Below, one piece after another: positions 25,326 to 39,194 of a stretch of DNA of 64,000 nt. The stretch is from assembly GCF_006345805.1 (NCBI RefSeq), contig NC_043008.1, positions 27,218,001 through 27,282,000 on the forward strand, in the 5' to 3' direction. The translations under genes were made by a program, and so were the position numbers. This DNA is from Octopus sinensis (taxonomy: Eukaryota). Under the pieces are notes generated by a model. That model was not told the DNA's origin, did no database searches, and saw only the letters and a program-made list of their open reading frames with translations. Each line of letters starts with the position of its first letter. The first letter of the stretch is position 1.

Positions 25326-28300
25326 CCTGGAACCTCAGCATACATGCATATATACACAAACATGCATATATATGTGTGTGTACATAATCTATGTTTTCTA
25401 GTAAAGAGTTTATCCTTAAATATAGGTATGGTGCTATCATACAGATTTTCACGATGACTAATGAAAGGAAACCAAGTGACCTTCCTGCACTTGTAGATAC
25501 TTGGTTGTGAGTGTAAGCAATGTAGTTCCCAAAGCCGTGTATTAAGTAGGGAACGCACTGCATTAAATCATATTTACCGGTGATCAGAGATCCTGAAACT
25601 GGCAGCCATTACTAGGTTTTATACTTTATAAGCGGTTGTCAGGACAGGCTATGAACGATAAGATGAATATTCCAGTTATTGGAGAACAAAATTAGTCTAA
25701 AAAATTCACGCGAAACAAGCGCTTCCTGAACTCGGAAAGCGAGGCTGCATAGTCGTAAACATTATTTTGAGCAGTTATATGTTATAAGTAGTAATATATT
25801 GAGTGGCGGTATAAGAACATACCAGTTCTATCGAATAGTTATAGTGTGTGATTTTGTTACTGACTTACGAGTAACTGATATTTACACGCTTCTTTTGGCA
25901 CATAGAGCATTACTATGATTCTGTATTATAGCTGCGTCTTGAATTGTACAGTTATACATATTTTCAAAAGTCTTGTTTTATATTCTGTTTCTGAATATGA
26001 AGTTATATGACATAGGATACTTTACCAGAAACATACACACACTGTCTAACAAGCTCTACACAAACAAACTCCATCAGAAATTGGTCGGCGTTATAAGTTG
26101 CAAATGGAGCATGTTTTTCTGCGATTAATGTTCATCTACGCTGTTCCATTGAGACGGTATCATATTTAAGAGATTTCCACCCAGGTTCAAGGAACTGGAA
26201 GCTCTTTGAACAATGCTCTTGGGCATTATTCCCAGATTAAAGTTTCATGAATCGTCTCATCCTTTCTAGTACGAATTTATTTCTGATATACACTTCTTTA
26301 AAAATTCGGTTACATATCCAATTTCCCCAGATAAATGTAAAACACTATTTAGAGTAAATATCGAGATGAACGGAAGACTTTTAGAAAATAGAATCACGCC
26401 ACATTATAGTAGATATACACACACAGTTATATGTGCTTGTGTTTGTGTGTGTGTGTGTGTAAAAGAAGCACGCTGCGGTTTTATAATCTACTTCAATATG
26501 TTCTATATCTGTTGTATAGAATTCCTGGTACGACGATGTTTGATGTAGCAAAGCAATATATTTTAACTATTAAAAAGTAAATATATGATGTAATCATACA
26601 TTTTCTAAATACGAAATTATAAAAATATACTTTGGGGAAATATCGAAATTAATATCAGCCTATTATTCATTAAAGCGGTCTAAGAATACTACTAAAGGTA
26701 AAATATTTAACACTATATTAGTCATTTTTTCATTTGCACGGAATAATCATTTAGATTATGATTAATCTTATCTCTAAAAGTGCAATTTTAGATAAAATGT
26801 CTTCATTTACTGCATAAATTATTCGTCAACGAGCATCGTCAACTTTGATCATTGGCCTGATACATCAGGGTAGTTATGGGGCTGATGCACGTTTAAATCA
26901 ATAAACACAGTCAACCCTCAGAAAACTTTAATACAAGTCACATGGACAAAGAGGTTCAATACTTAATCCACCGAGCAAATTTTTCTCCACTAAGTAGAAT
27001 ATTTTATAATCTATAATTTTTACTATTTCCTTTTTTTTTGTAGTGTGTAGTCGAAATGAAAATAGTTGACTTTTATTTTGAACATTTTCAAATTAATGGA
27101 AAATTGCACAAGAAAATAATTTCAAACATCTAATATTATTTAGTAAGGACGAGGTGTGGCATATTTGCGAAGTATTGGGTTGTATACACGATATGAACGA
27201 CGTGCGGATGAGAGATGTATGACTCGAAAGTGTCTAATCGGAAGTATATCTGTTGAGAAGGAGCAGCTGTATAAGAAGTCGAAATAGAAGTAATACCAGA
27301 CAATAATTTTGAGAAAGATATATTGTGGAGCGTGTTAATGAATGAATTCATGGTACGGGATTAGTGCATAGGTTTGGCACTCACCTAATATTTTTAGAGA
27401 TCTGATAGGTTTTAGGATCTAAAATATGATCTTGGGTTAAATGTGAGAAACAGACATCGTGATGCATTTCCTTCGGTGCAGATCAGATGTGCGCTTGCTA
27501 TTTGAAATCTCCATTGATAATGTACCTATTATTTGTTGTTACGTTGAGTTTTCTTGTTGCATATTTTCTAGCAGTTATATTGTTTTTTGATATATAAAAT
27601 TACTGTGTCTTTGATTGAGGTGTCTTTATGTGACACACTGATGGTGATTCTCGAGTTTTCTGTACATAAAATCAACTCAGGATGGCATTAGGTATCTAGG
27701 CTATAGGTGTAATGTGGACTAAATGAATAACCTTAAAGCTGCAACATAAATGCATACATTTTGAACATCTATCTGACTCCTAATTTCAACAGTAAGCAAT
27801 AAGATATATAGTTACCTCAACTGGAATAAACTTCTTCATGAAGGACAGAAAGGGCTTATATGAAAAGAACAGCGTAACTATAAAGAATAGCTACATATAT
27901 AAACATAAAGTTTCTGTAAAGAATGACTGCTTCTATATGAGACGACATAAGGAGGCTATCGTAGCAAATACAAAAGTTCATGGTATAGACTTTAAAATCC
28001 TCTATGGCAATATACTGCAACCCAGAAACGCTGAGACAATTAATATCCGTATATTCTTCATAGAAAGCGGCATGCTAAGCTGGAAAGCCAATATAGTGCT
28101 AATTATCGTGTAATCTATTCTAGATTAGGTCACATTTCTAATAAAAACGTGAATACTCCAAGCAGATTTGTTTCAAACACTTTTTGTATTTATGTAGCTC
28201 TGTCCCCATTAATTGCGGCGCCAAAATGTACAGAGAGTGGTTATAAGGAGGAAGAAAATATTAGTGATTTTCTCTATGAATGACATTAAGCCACTGTTAT

Positions 28301-29198
28301 ACGCCGATTCGGTGCTTTATATTCTCCCAAGTCCGGGAAATAATCATTACATACGACATATAACAAAGGATATTTTAGGCCATAACAAATTTCAAATTAT
28401 TTTGATTGTCCTTGCGTGCACAACACAGTGCTTGTCTTTTGATTGGAACTGATGATCTGATCACATTTCCAACACCTCTGTCACTTATTTTCTCAGTCAT
28501 AATTCAAGGAAATTTTATGATTAGTTAAACATTGTTCCCATGATGTAGCATATTGAATTTGCAGCGCTAAAAGCTCAACCTAATTACCACAACAAGGAAT
28601 TCATAGTAAAGAATATGATCTCCATTTTTAAGTTTATTATAAAATCTCAGATAGTAGCGAGAATTATATCGTTGTCTTCAAAGTTATTTTTTTTTTTGAG
28701 TTCTTGAAAGAAATATAATTGAGGACTATATTTTAATCCCTTAATGTACGCATAATAATATATTGAAGTATTCACTTAAAGACAGTATTCTGTAGCTTCC
28801 AAAATTTTGAGTAAATTTGAAAGCACGGATTATAAAAGCCTATAAAATTGACGAAATGTCTTAAATAATTATGCAAGATATATTTTCGTTTTTATTCCGA
28901 AAGAAAAGGTACAAGCTTATAAAGAAATTAATGAGATAGAGATATACAGAGAAAAATTCAATTACTGTTTAACTAAATATATACAGGGCTTTATATCTTG
29001 ATATATTTTTTTAATATACCTTATCTTATTGTCAATATTATGCAACAAGTCTCTTACACATTCATCCATTTTGAATTCTATTCTGAAATGTTTCCTTATT
29101 CATCTACAATTGCACCACATTTTCCTCTATCCTTTTCTCTATTTTGCAGGAAAATGAAGCAGTGGTATATATTCCAAAACAATGAATACTTAAATAGG

Positions 29199-29236
<38 letters not shown>

Positions 29237-29383
29237 TATATATACATGTTTATCTATCTATGTGTATGTCTTTCTCTATATCGCTATATATATATATACA
29301 TATATAAATTACAGAAAAGCCAATATTATGTAATTGAAGCAATGACAGACGTAATTCATACAATACAGAAAAATAAAATATAC

Positions 29384-29622
29384 GATAAAACATTTACCTA
29401 GATCACAATAAAGTACATAATAAATAAACAGTATATAATTAGTAAATACACTACGTACGTTTCGTGGCTATATCTTCAATTAGAATTACAATTAAATTTA
29501 AATTTAATCGATCCAAAATCAATTCAGTTTGAAACTATAGTCACTTCCTCAGGTCAATTTGCTTACTATATACTTTTATTTATTATTATGTATTTTATTG
29601 TGATCTAGGTAAATGTTGTATC
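29384..29622. repeat. ~68-bp inverted arms (29384-29451 / 29553-29622) directly flanking a hammerhead core
   Basis: Arms share gata.aacatttacctagatcacaataaa.tacataata...agtatata; roughly 80% identity by eye. Confidence 0.9.
29444..29560 (-). ncRNA. Type I hammerhead ribozyme motif with long stem II loop
   Basis: Minus strand: aaauugac-CUGAGGA-a-gugacuaua...uauagccac-GAAA-c(guac)g-UA-guguauuu. Stem II pairs 8/9; stem III is the palindrome ACGUACGU; GUA triplet. Confidence 0.75.
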
Positions 29623-29691
29623 ATAAATTTCATTTATTCTATATGGTATGATTTATATCTACCATTGTTTGAATTACATAATAGTGTAATT

Positions 29692-29725
<34 letters not shown>

Positions 29726-30380
29726 TATAGGGAAATTCGATTTAATAGCAAATTGAATTTTTCCCTCTAAGTTTGGAGTTGTACTCTCTAATATTGTTAT
29801 ATATATACATATGTGTTTCATGTCCCTTTTTACTCCTGGTAAATATCTATGATCAGAGGTATTTCAACCACCCTGAACTCGTCGTAATAAAGGGTGCTAG
29901 AAATACGTTTTCGATTCTTTTCCTTAAATTTCTAAAAGTTGTGTCAAATGATTGAGATTGAGCTAAAAATGTAAGCATTAACATTGACCTACATTCAGAT
30001 GCTTAACAATTTATAGAACCACAGAAATGTAGCCTTGGAAGCGATGACAAAAATACTTGAAACCGAATTTTTAAAACTTGATCGTAACATCATAATATGC
30101 TATGCAGAGATGCTTATACGAGAATTATTGCTAGAGAAGCTCTCGACATATTGTAAAAACAGGTAGGAAGAGTAGAAGATACCTGTGTAGAATAATCAAC
30201 GAAAGCTCGCCATTCCATGTCAAAAGTTGTAATTTGTTTACTAACATAATACATCCGGGCAAAATACATTAGAAACTAAATCTGCTACTGCTGCGGATGA
30301 TGACGACGACAATATTAATAATAATAATGATAATAATAATAATAATAATAACAACAACAATAACAATAATAATAATAAAT

Positions 30381-30500
30381 GCCCTGATGCAGTACCAGAT
30401 AGTGGCTCTCATGGCTCCCGATCTTAACTGATTGGAAGTGCTATCATGTACATTGTTTTGTCTTGGTATAAAAGATGTGATACAGCAAATATTCTGCTCA
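30381..30500 (+). mobile_element. 5' fragment of the (AAT)n-flanked ~550-bp non-autonomous element
   Basis: Same first 120 bp as 30639-30758; (AAT)n on both sides. Confidence 0.85.
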
Positions 30501-30637
<137 letters not shown>

Positions 30638-30638
30638 T

Positions 30639-31193
30639 GCCCTGATGCAGTACCAGGCAGTGGCCCTCATGGCTTCTGATCTTAACTGACTGGAAGTGTT
30701 ATCATGTGCATTGTTTTGTCTTGGTATAAAAGATGGGCTACAGCAAATATTCTGCTCAATACCACAGATTTGCTTGTCAGTTGTTTGACCTTAACCAGTT
30801 GAGCATGTCCCTTAGTGGCTGACGATATTTGCATCTCTGATCACGAGCAGAAGTAGTGGGGGAGCATCATAGCCATGTGTTGAGAGGGATTCTTTGGGGT
30901 TTGAATAATTCACCTCTGGAAACATGGGTGGTCCCTTCAACAACCTTAAACAACCCTTATTCAGGGACCTTTTGAGCGGGATGGGCTACTCAACCTGAAG
31001 AAAATTCTAACTGGGCCCCCACCTGCAAGGTCATGTGCTGTTTATCTTGATATGAGATCACCATGTCGCGCACATATGGTTGTGATGCATGTGCCTGGTG
31101 TACCTTTATCAGACGGGTAGTCATGATGGGTATATTGGGCTTTGTATATTTTACCCCAGTGTCACTTTGATGGCATGCACTGCTCTCTCACTC
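30639..31193 (+). mobile_element. Full-length (AAT)n-flanked ~550-bp non-autonomous retroelement (SINE-like)
   Basis: gccctgatgcagtaccagg...tgcactgctctctcactc between (AAT)n tracts; five more copies in the window; no coding capacity. Confidence 0.85.
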
Positions 31194-31246
<53 letters not shown>

Positions 31247-31254
31247 TAATAATA

Positions 31255-31292
<38 letters not shown>

Positions 31293-31338
31293 AATAATAA
31301 TAATAATAATAATGATAATAATAATAATAATAACAATA

Positions 31339-33885
31339 AACGGCTCAGAATGACAAAAAAAATAAAATTTTATCGAAATAACATGGTATTCAAGACGGAT
31401 GCAGGAAATTTTATAGGAAAAATGTCAAAAGTAAGATAGAAGTAAAAGAGTCATTTATGACTGAGGAAATGGAAGAGTTCTAGAAGAAGATATAGAGCAG
31501 CAAAAAATAATATAATGCCGAAGCTCACTAGATAGAACATGAGAAAGTGAAACTGGATGAAGTTGAAGAGCAGAAATGGGAGGCAATAAGAGTAGAACCA
31601 GCTAAGACTGGACCAGATACCTAACTTCTAGCTGAATGTTTGACGAAGTACACCGACATATTGTTGCAACCCTAACTGATGTCAACCAGAGGCCAGAGCA
31701 AATACCGGTCTGGCTGACTGAAGGAACAACATATTTTCTACCAAAAACTGAAGGCACGAAAAATTCAAAGAACTACCACTCAATAACAAGTCTTATTACC
31801 AACCACAAGATCCTCGCATCAATACTAACTGAAAGTATACACACATTCCTTGAACTGAACTCTATCCTCCCGCATGCTCAAATAATTGTAAAAGGAATTC
31901 TTATGGATGAAAACATCAATTATAAATAATATGATTGTAGAAAATTGTCATGGATAGACTACAGGAAAGGCGTTTGATATAGTCCCACATAACTGGTTAC
32001 TCAAAGCTCTTGAGATATATAAGAGCTCTCCTGTCGTCGCCAAATTCTTACAATGTACCATGGTCAAGTGGAATACATGTCGCCTTCTACACCATAGTAA
32101 TGGGATGAACCAATCTAACAGCAGCAACATCAAACGAAGCATCTCTCAATGTGACTCCCTCTCCCCATTAATCTTTTGCATGGCAATTGAGGAACACCAG
32201 GTTGGGTTCAAAGTGTATATTATGATAAGCCATTTATTTTATATGAGCCATCTCAAGCTGTTTTCTAGAAATGTCGAAGAGCTAGTAGGACTGTTAACAA
32301 CTGTTCAAGAGTTCAGCATGATGGATTTTGGCTTTGACAAGTGTGCTAAAGCAACTTGTGTAAGAGGCTCGCTCGAGCAAATAGCTTCCATTAAATTAGA
32401 TACCGACACTACGATTAAGGAGCTTGACCCACAAGAAAGCTAAAGATACCCGTGGATAAACGAAGGAGATGGTATAAAATATGCTACTCTGAGGAGAAAT
32501 AAGAAAGGAGTCTTACAAGAGAGTAAAACTCATACTAAAACTGAACTCAACTCTAAAAATCGCATCGAAGCCATTAAAACTCTGGCACTTTCATTAGTCC
32601 AATATAGTTCATTAACTAGAATCTTACAGAGCACCAACGCCAAGACAGGAAGGCAAGAAAACGACTAACGTCTAAGAACATGCACCACCCAAAAGCAGAT
32701 GTTGATCATCTGTACCTACCTAGAAGTAATGGGGGAAGTGGAATGATGCAGGCAGAACTGTACTAAAATACCTCCTCAATAGCAATGAACACGTATTTAT
32801 CTAGTACGAAGGATTGGATGGTGCGGCTTGTGCGCAAACACGAAAGCAGTAAATAATCACATTCTATAGTCAAAAAGGCTTTCAAAATTGAAAGGGAACT
32901 TGGCATTAACCCTGAATTAGATAAAGAAAAGCCTGAGACTGCCACCAAACAAGCAAAACGGATCAAACAAACTGCAAAAAAGAACGGGCAGAAACAAATT
33001 GAGGAGCGCTGGAGTCAACATATGGACTTCGAAACCAAAATAATGTAGACCAAGCAACAACCCATCAGATGCTGAGAAGCTCAGGGCTGAAATCAGAGAA
33101 TGAAGGCTCATATTAGCAGCTCAAGACTGTAGCTTGCTAACAAAAAAACTACCAAAAGAACTACCAAGTTCTTCCAAACAGTTCTGACCCAAAATGCAGA
33201 TTCTGCGATACATTTGATGATACAATAGACCATCGCGTCTCGGGGTGTACTGTGCCTACACCAAACGAATGCAAAAATCATCACTATATTGTAGGATAGT
33301 ATTTATATTGGAAAATATGGAAGCACTACAAAATCATCACTCCTGTTACTGGTATGAACGTCATTCTGAGTTAGTCGTTGAAGATAAAAAATGTCACTAT
33401 CCTCTGGGAATTTCCAGTCAACACTGACAGAATGATCAAGCTAATCGACGAGACATAGTCATTAAAGACAGGGGAAAAGATACTTGTAGACTATTAGATA
33501 TGTGTTCCAACTGACACAATTTAAATCTGTAAGATAATTTGACAAATTAAGTAGCTATACAAAAGATGTGAGAATTGTTCCTGTTATTTTAGTGGCCATA
33601 GTTTTGATATGAAGGGAATGTAAAAAAATCTTGATAATATTCCAGGAGAACCATGTCGCAGAGAAATCCATAAGATTGTGCTAACAATTACTGCCCACAT
33701 CGTTAGAAAAACACTATCGATTTAAATGTTTGTGTTGTATTACTTAAACATATTTCGCTACTTCCTTTGCCATTTCCCTCGACAAGATTTCACTCAGACT
33801 GTATCATCTCTTAGCCATCACACGCCTTAGCAGGCTGGGTATGTCTCGGCAAGTGATTGTAACAAACATGCAAATTTAAAGTAAA
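31339..33885 (+). mobile_element. Decayed 5'-truncated R4/Dong-like non-LTR retrotransposon (RT + restriction-like endonuclease)
   Basis: WLTEGTTYFLPKT, AFDIVPH, SQCDSLSPLIFC, LFYMSHLKLF, HHPKADVDHLYLPR; homologous to the 51191-55219 element; many lesions. Confidence 0.85.
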
Positions 33886-33887
33886 TA

Positions 33888-33972
<85 letters not shown>

Positions 33973-33975
33973 CTC

Positions 33976-34014
<39 letters not shown>

Positions 34015-34023
34015 TATTAATAA

Positions 34024-34455
34024 TACATGTACATTGTTTTGTCTTGGTATAAAAGATGGGCTACAGCAAATATTTGCTTACTATTACAGAGATTTGCTTG
34101 TCAGTTTGGCATTGACTAGTTGAGCATGTTCCTTAACAATGTGTTCAGAGGAATTCTTTGGTATTTTGATAATTCACCTTTGGAGTCGTGGGTATCTCGT
34201 TCAACATCCTCAAACAACCCTTATTCAGGGAACTTTTGAGCGGGATGGGCTACTCAAACTGAAAAAATTCTAACTGGGCTCCACCTTCAAGGTCATGCGC
34301 TGTTAATCTTGATATGCGATCACAATATCGCTCACGTATGGTTGTGATGCTTGTACCTGGTGTACCCTTATCAGATGGGTAGACATGATGAGCATACTGG
34401 GCATCGTATATTTTATTCCAGTTTCACTCTGATGGCATGCACTGCTCTGTCACTC
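34024..34455 (+). mobile_element. 5'-truncated copy of the (AAT)n-flanked element
   Basis: Aligns to 30700-31193; follows (CTA)n/(AAT)n and precedes (AAT)n(GAA)n. Confidence 0.85.
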
Positions 34456-34617
34456 AATAATAATAATAAAGGGGAAGAACGAAAACGAAAAAGAAGAAGA
34501 AGATGGAGGAGGAGGAGGAGGAGAAGAAGAAGAAGAAGAAGAAGAAGAAGAAGAAGAAGAAGAAGAAGAAGAAGAAGAAGAAGAAGAAGAAGAAGAAGAA
34601 GAAGAAGAAGAAGAAGC
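34456..34617. repeat. (AAT)n/(GGA)n/(GAA)n compound microsatellite
   Basis: Long GAA run visible directly. Confidence 0.95.
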
Positions 34618-34859
34618 TAGAGCTACCAGTGGAGGATTAAAATAGCTTACAGTAGAAAGCAACCGGGAAATCTACAGAAACTACAACGATAACATATCTC
34701 CCTACAACAAGCAAAGCTTTAACTCTAATAATATCGTTGAAAAAGCACAGGCGTCTGGAAGAAAATGCTGCCAGAGGTACAGAAGTGATTATTCAGAAGC
34801 TGATACGGATGTAAAGATCAGTTTCTTCAGAAGCCTTCGGTTATGAATGCTTCTCAAAT

Positions 34860-36440
34860 AAAAAGAGGAGTGTGAGGCTTTTGACAATATTCCTTACACC
34901 TTAATACAGGAGTGCAGCAACACCAGCAATAATAAGATACACCCTACATAACACAAATGCATCGCAAACCGTTCTGCGGCTATAGACTAAAGAGAAAATA
35001 ATGAAATTTAAACCCAGTACTATTATATTCCAAGGAGAAGTCCTCCCTCCTCTCCGTTTCTGTCTGGCATGCTAGCCAACACGCCAGACATCACTGGATG
35101 TGCGATTACAGTTGTGATGGTAAAACAACGAACTCTTATTTATGGATGTTGCAAACTTGTAACCTGGAAATGATAAACAAATAGAAATACAACTACAAAT
35201 AATGTACGAATTTAACAAAAAAATCAATATCCAAACCGAAAAAATGTGCCTCAGCAAACTTCTAATGGGGGAAATTATTTACGACGACATTTTCATATGT
35301 AGTAAAAAAAAATTAAGTGAACTAGTATCCCAGACATACAAATATTTATGTATTAATGAACTAGAAAAAAAACAAGCACAAATACAAGAAAAGATGAAGA
35401 AATATAGATGTATTAGCTCATTATTTGCAACAAAATAAAATGCAAAATAAAGTTAACCAGTATCAGTACTCTAGTTGATCCAGTTATGCTTATAATATTA
35501 TTAACTACACACTAAATGCATCCGCATCACTAAACAGGAAAACAAGAAAATGAATAATGACTGCATTTGGAAGACGCTATCTAAAGGAATTAAGAGCAAC
35601 AAAACCACTATAAAATATCAAACATCAGAGCACAATTATTTTAGAATTCAGAATCAAAGAAAACTAATGTAAGTATCTACAAAATATGAGCACAAGCAAA
35701 ATTGTTTTCTTTCTTCTAACAGGCCAGAAGATACACACTGGGATCATAATAACTGACAAATATGAAGAAAACTAAGAAAAAACAAAGATAAAATTTAAAC
35801 TAAAACTGGAACTATAGAAGGCGATGGTTAAACAATGACAAGAAAAATACTCTTACATGGCATAGAGTGGAATAAGCTGACCAAAATTGAAGTAGACAAA
35901 GAAAATCCCAATATTTGCTGAGAAGTGCGAGAAGCAGAGCAGAAAGAGAAGGGTTTTAACCCATGGCACAGGATGAAAGTCTCGTTATTAGAAATTGTTG
36001 AAATACACAATAAAGAAGAACAATATATGTATTCTGTGATGATATGGATGGATCCATAAATCTGATTGTCTTTAGCTTCCAAGTGCTTGCCGTGAAATTA
36101 TATATCTACAGAGATGACAGACGTAGGTCTTACATAAAGCTGTTCCAGCAGTATGCAACACCAAATAGAATGAAATGATAGTGACATACCCCACAAACAA
36201 AAGCCCCTCAGCAAGTAACAACAACAAAACTCTGGAATATGCCAATACAGCCGCATAGGGAGATGAAGGCTAACTAACACGATATTGTTTTTGAGAGATT
36301 CAGCAGCAAAAGTTTGCGGCCCAACAGATGACAATATTCCCCTTAAAAGATAATCCAATATAAAGATCAGGAAATAGAAGTACTCCGAATGTGGTGATTG
36401 AAACGGTCCCTGTAGTAACAGATACATCAGATACGGTGAA
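34860..36440 (+). mobile_element. Heavily decayed R4/Dong-like LINE fragment
   Basis: Remnants resembling AFDNIPY, IFQGEVLPPLRFCL, LLFMDV and KYEHKQNCFLSS (ETE.F...A equivalent). Confidence 0.6.
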
Positions 36441-36483
36441 AATGATGCAGACAGCTACATGACTGAAATATCAGGAGTTACGA

Positions 36484-36569
<86 letters not shown>

Positions 36570-36594
36570 ATATATATAAATAATATATATATAT

Positions 36595-36822
36595 TTCTTT
36601 ACTACCCACAAGGGGCTAAACATAGAGGGGACAAACAAGGACAGACAAAGGGATTAAGTCGATTACATCTACCCAGTGCGAAACTGGTACTTTATTTATC
36701 TACCCCGAAAGGATGAAAGGCAAAGTCGACCTCGGCGGAATTTGAACTCAGAACGTAACGACATACTAAGCATTTCGCTAAGCATTTCGCCCGGCGCGCT
36801 AACGTTTCTGCCAGCTCGCCGC
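36595..36822 (-). mobile_element. SINE family A
   Basis: Reverse complement of 2556-2784 (gaaaggcaaagtcgacctcggcggaatttgaactcagaac). Confidence 0.9.
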
Positions 36823-36881
36823 CACAGGTATAGATAATATATATATGCATATATATACATATATATAATAATACACATACA

Positions 36882-36925
<44 letters not shown>

Positions 36926-36977
36926 TATATATATATAAAGATATATATATGTATATATATATATATATATTATATAT

Positions 36978-37004
<27 letters not shown>

Positions 37005-37008
<4 letters not shown>

Positions 37009-37672
37009 GCATATATGGGTACAGGACTTCACAAACAGTAAGCGGCATGAAATACGAAAAAAATGAGTTGAATACGCAAACAACGAGAGAAATAAATTGA
37101 AAATAGGACAAGTAACATAAGGAAGACTTTTCTTCAGTGGTCGGCTGCCTATCTACTCCTCATTTAGAACATTGAATGGCAATATGAGTCTTCGAAGGCA
37201 ATTGCTCCCACAAATACCAAAATAAAATTCAGGATTTATGGAGGGTCAAACTTGGGAACAAAAACAGGTCAGTGGGGACATACAAGGAAACCGAACGAAG
37301 ATAAACACGGAGTATCGTTAGACCAGATGTGTGTAAAATAGCGAACGCTGGAGAAATATTTTCTTTGAAAAAGGAAAAGATAAAAGAGAGAGAGAGAGAG
37401 AGAGATATGATACCTCCTGTCTCTAGGACAGCTCTGAAAATAAAGTTCATCACATGAGGAAAAGAAAGAAGGACGATGGTCACTTGTGAGCACCGAGAGA
37501 AAGTGTAAAGGAGAAAGAGGAGACAGAGACTGATAGAAAACTGTGAAGTGGAGAAAAAAGAAATTAGAGAATGGATGAGAGAGAAAAAGATTGGGGGCGA
37601 GAATAATGTAGCGTAGAGTTGCCTCAAAAATATTAAGATAATCTTACTTGGAAATGGGTGCATGGCATTCAA
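37005..37672 (-). mobile_element. Repeat ending in (TA)n, probable retroelement 3' end; second copy at 38920-39140
   Basis: gcatatatgggtac...ggacaagtaacataa...gagtcttcgaaggca...cacaaataccaaaa is present twice (roughly 75-80% identical by eye). Confidence 0.6.
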
Positions 37673-37701
37673 TCAAATAATATTGTAAATAATATATATA
37701 T

Positions 37702-37790
<89 letters not shown>

Positions 37791-37893
37791 TATAATACTC
37801 ATCATATGGCCTAGTTATGATTGAGTTTGAAAACTTTCTCTGAGGCATCACTATATAGAGCGTCCGGTTTAAAAGTCATACTTCTCTCTGCAG

Positions 37894-38015
37894 ATTCGGT
37901 TCTAAAAATGACGAATATTATTGCCACTTATTATGTTTTATCTGCAGAAGACTTGATAGACTCTCTTTAAAACTGACTGAGTTACCAGCAACTATGGAAA
38001 CTTTATTATTTCTTG
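37894..38015 (+). CDS. Candidate coding exon
   Basis: Acceptor cttctctctgcag, donor CTTG|gtaatg; open frame FGSKNDEYYCHLLCFICRRLDRLSLKLTELPATMETLLFL. An alternative acceptor exists at 37947. Confidence 0.3.
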
Positions 38016-38635
38016 GTAATGGCAATGTAAATTTTCAGTAACAGCATAGCAGGAACATGTGATGCTTCAGTGTTCTTATTTGTATGTTTCATACTAAATA
38101 TAATGATTTTACGTATATAACGTATACTTGAATTCTGCAGCTTGTGTGTCAAGTAGATGCCTCAGGAAATTTTTAAATATATATATTGGTTAACAAGACA
38201 CTCACACGCGTACACACACGTACACATACACATACACACACACACGTGCAGCTTGAAATGATATAATATCTATTTCACAATGACTATTGACTTCTTTAAC
38301 GTTACTTGTAAATGTTGTATTTTTTAATGAATTGAGTGAAAATTCTGCACTTTCCTGAAAGGGGTAAATAAGCAAATTCCATTACTCGTTCAAAAATACT
38401 CCTATGGCAAATTTTTCAAGTAGGTTGTAGAAGTAGCTGATTTGTAGAATGTTTTAAAAGCATTTTTACCTCGAGAAATTTTACGAAGCCGAAATAGGAT
38501 ACTGCTCTGCCAAGTTTTCTTTTCAGAGTTCCTCATTTTCATTCGATGTCTTTTTGTATCCAATCTACTAGTGACAACATATGTTTCGACAACGATTCAG
38601 AAAAGTTAACATTTGAAAAGAGATTATTATTATTG

Positions 38636-38689
<54 letters not shown>

Positions 38690-38876
38690 TATTATTATTA
38701 TTATTATTATTAACGTTTAGTAAACTTATTCTTATTGCGTGATTTCATTACACAGCCGAGAGCAACACTTTGTATCTTGATTTGTGTCTTGTGGTTCGTT
38801 TCAGTGACATTGGTTGACTCTATTTAAAGTTCTCTGCCTAAAATGCGAGTGATGATTAGCAGTGATATTGTCGGCG

Positions 38877-38919
<43 letters not shown>

Positions 38920-39140
38920 ATGCATATATGGGTACATAACATCACAAACAGTAAACAGCATGAAATACTAAGCCAAATGGTTTGAATACGCAAATAAAGA
39001 GAGAAACAAATTGAAAACAGGACAAGTAACATAAAGAACGATCCTTCATCAGTTGTTGGCAGTCTATCTACTCTTCATTTCGAGCACTGAACCACAGTAT
39101 GAGTCTTCGAAGGCAGTTGCTTCCACAAATACCAAAAGAA
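38920..39140 (-). mobile_element. Second copy of the 37005 repeat
   Basis: Direct similarity to 37005-37230. Confidence 0.6.
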
Positions 39141-39141
39141 A

Positions 39142-39194
<53 letters not shown>

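Noticed and set aside
26080-26280. Possible Mutator-like transposase remnant on the minus strand (LIWE*CPRALF)
   Set aside because: Only a few residues match, with stops, and no TIRs were found.
30815-30880. Hammerhead in the (AAT)n-flanked element (ctgacga...gaag)
   Set aside because: GAAG replaces GAAA and the implied cleavage nucleotide is G.
31089-31200. Recurring peptide MCLVY...SVTLMACTALSL in several ORFs
   Set aside because: It recurs only because it is the 3' end of the same repeat family running into microsatellite; frames are not conserved across copies.
37100-39110. CUGAAGA/CUGAUGA cores on the minus strand of the 37005 and 38920 repeats
   Set aside because: No downstream stem II + GAAA + UH could be found; the GAAA lies upstream and does not give consistent pairing.
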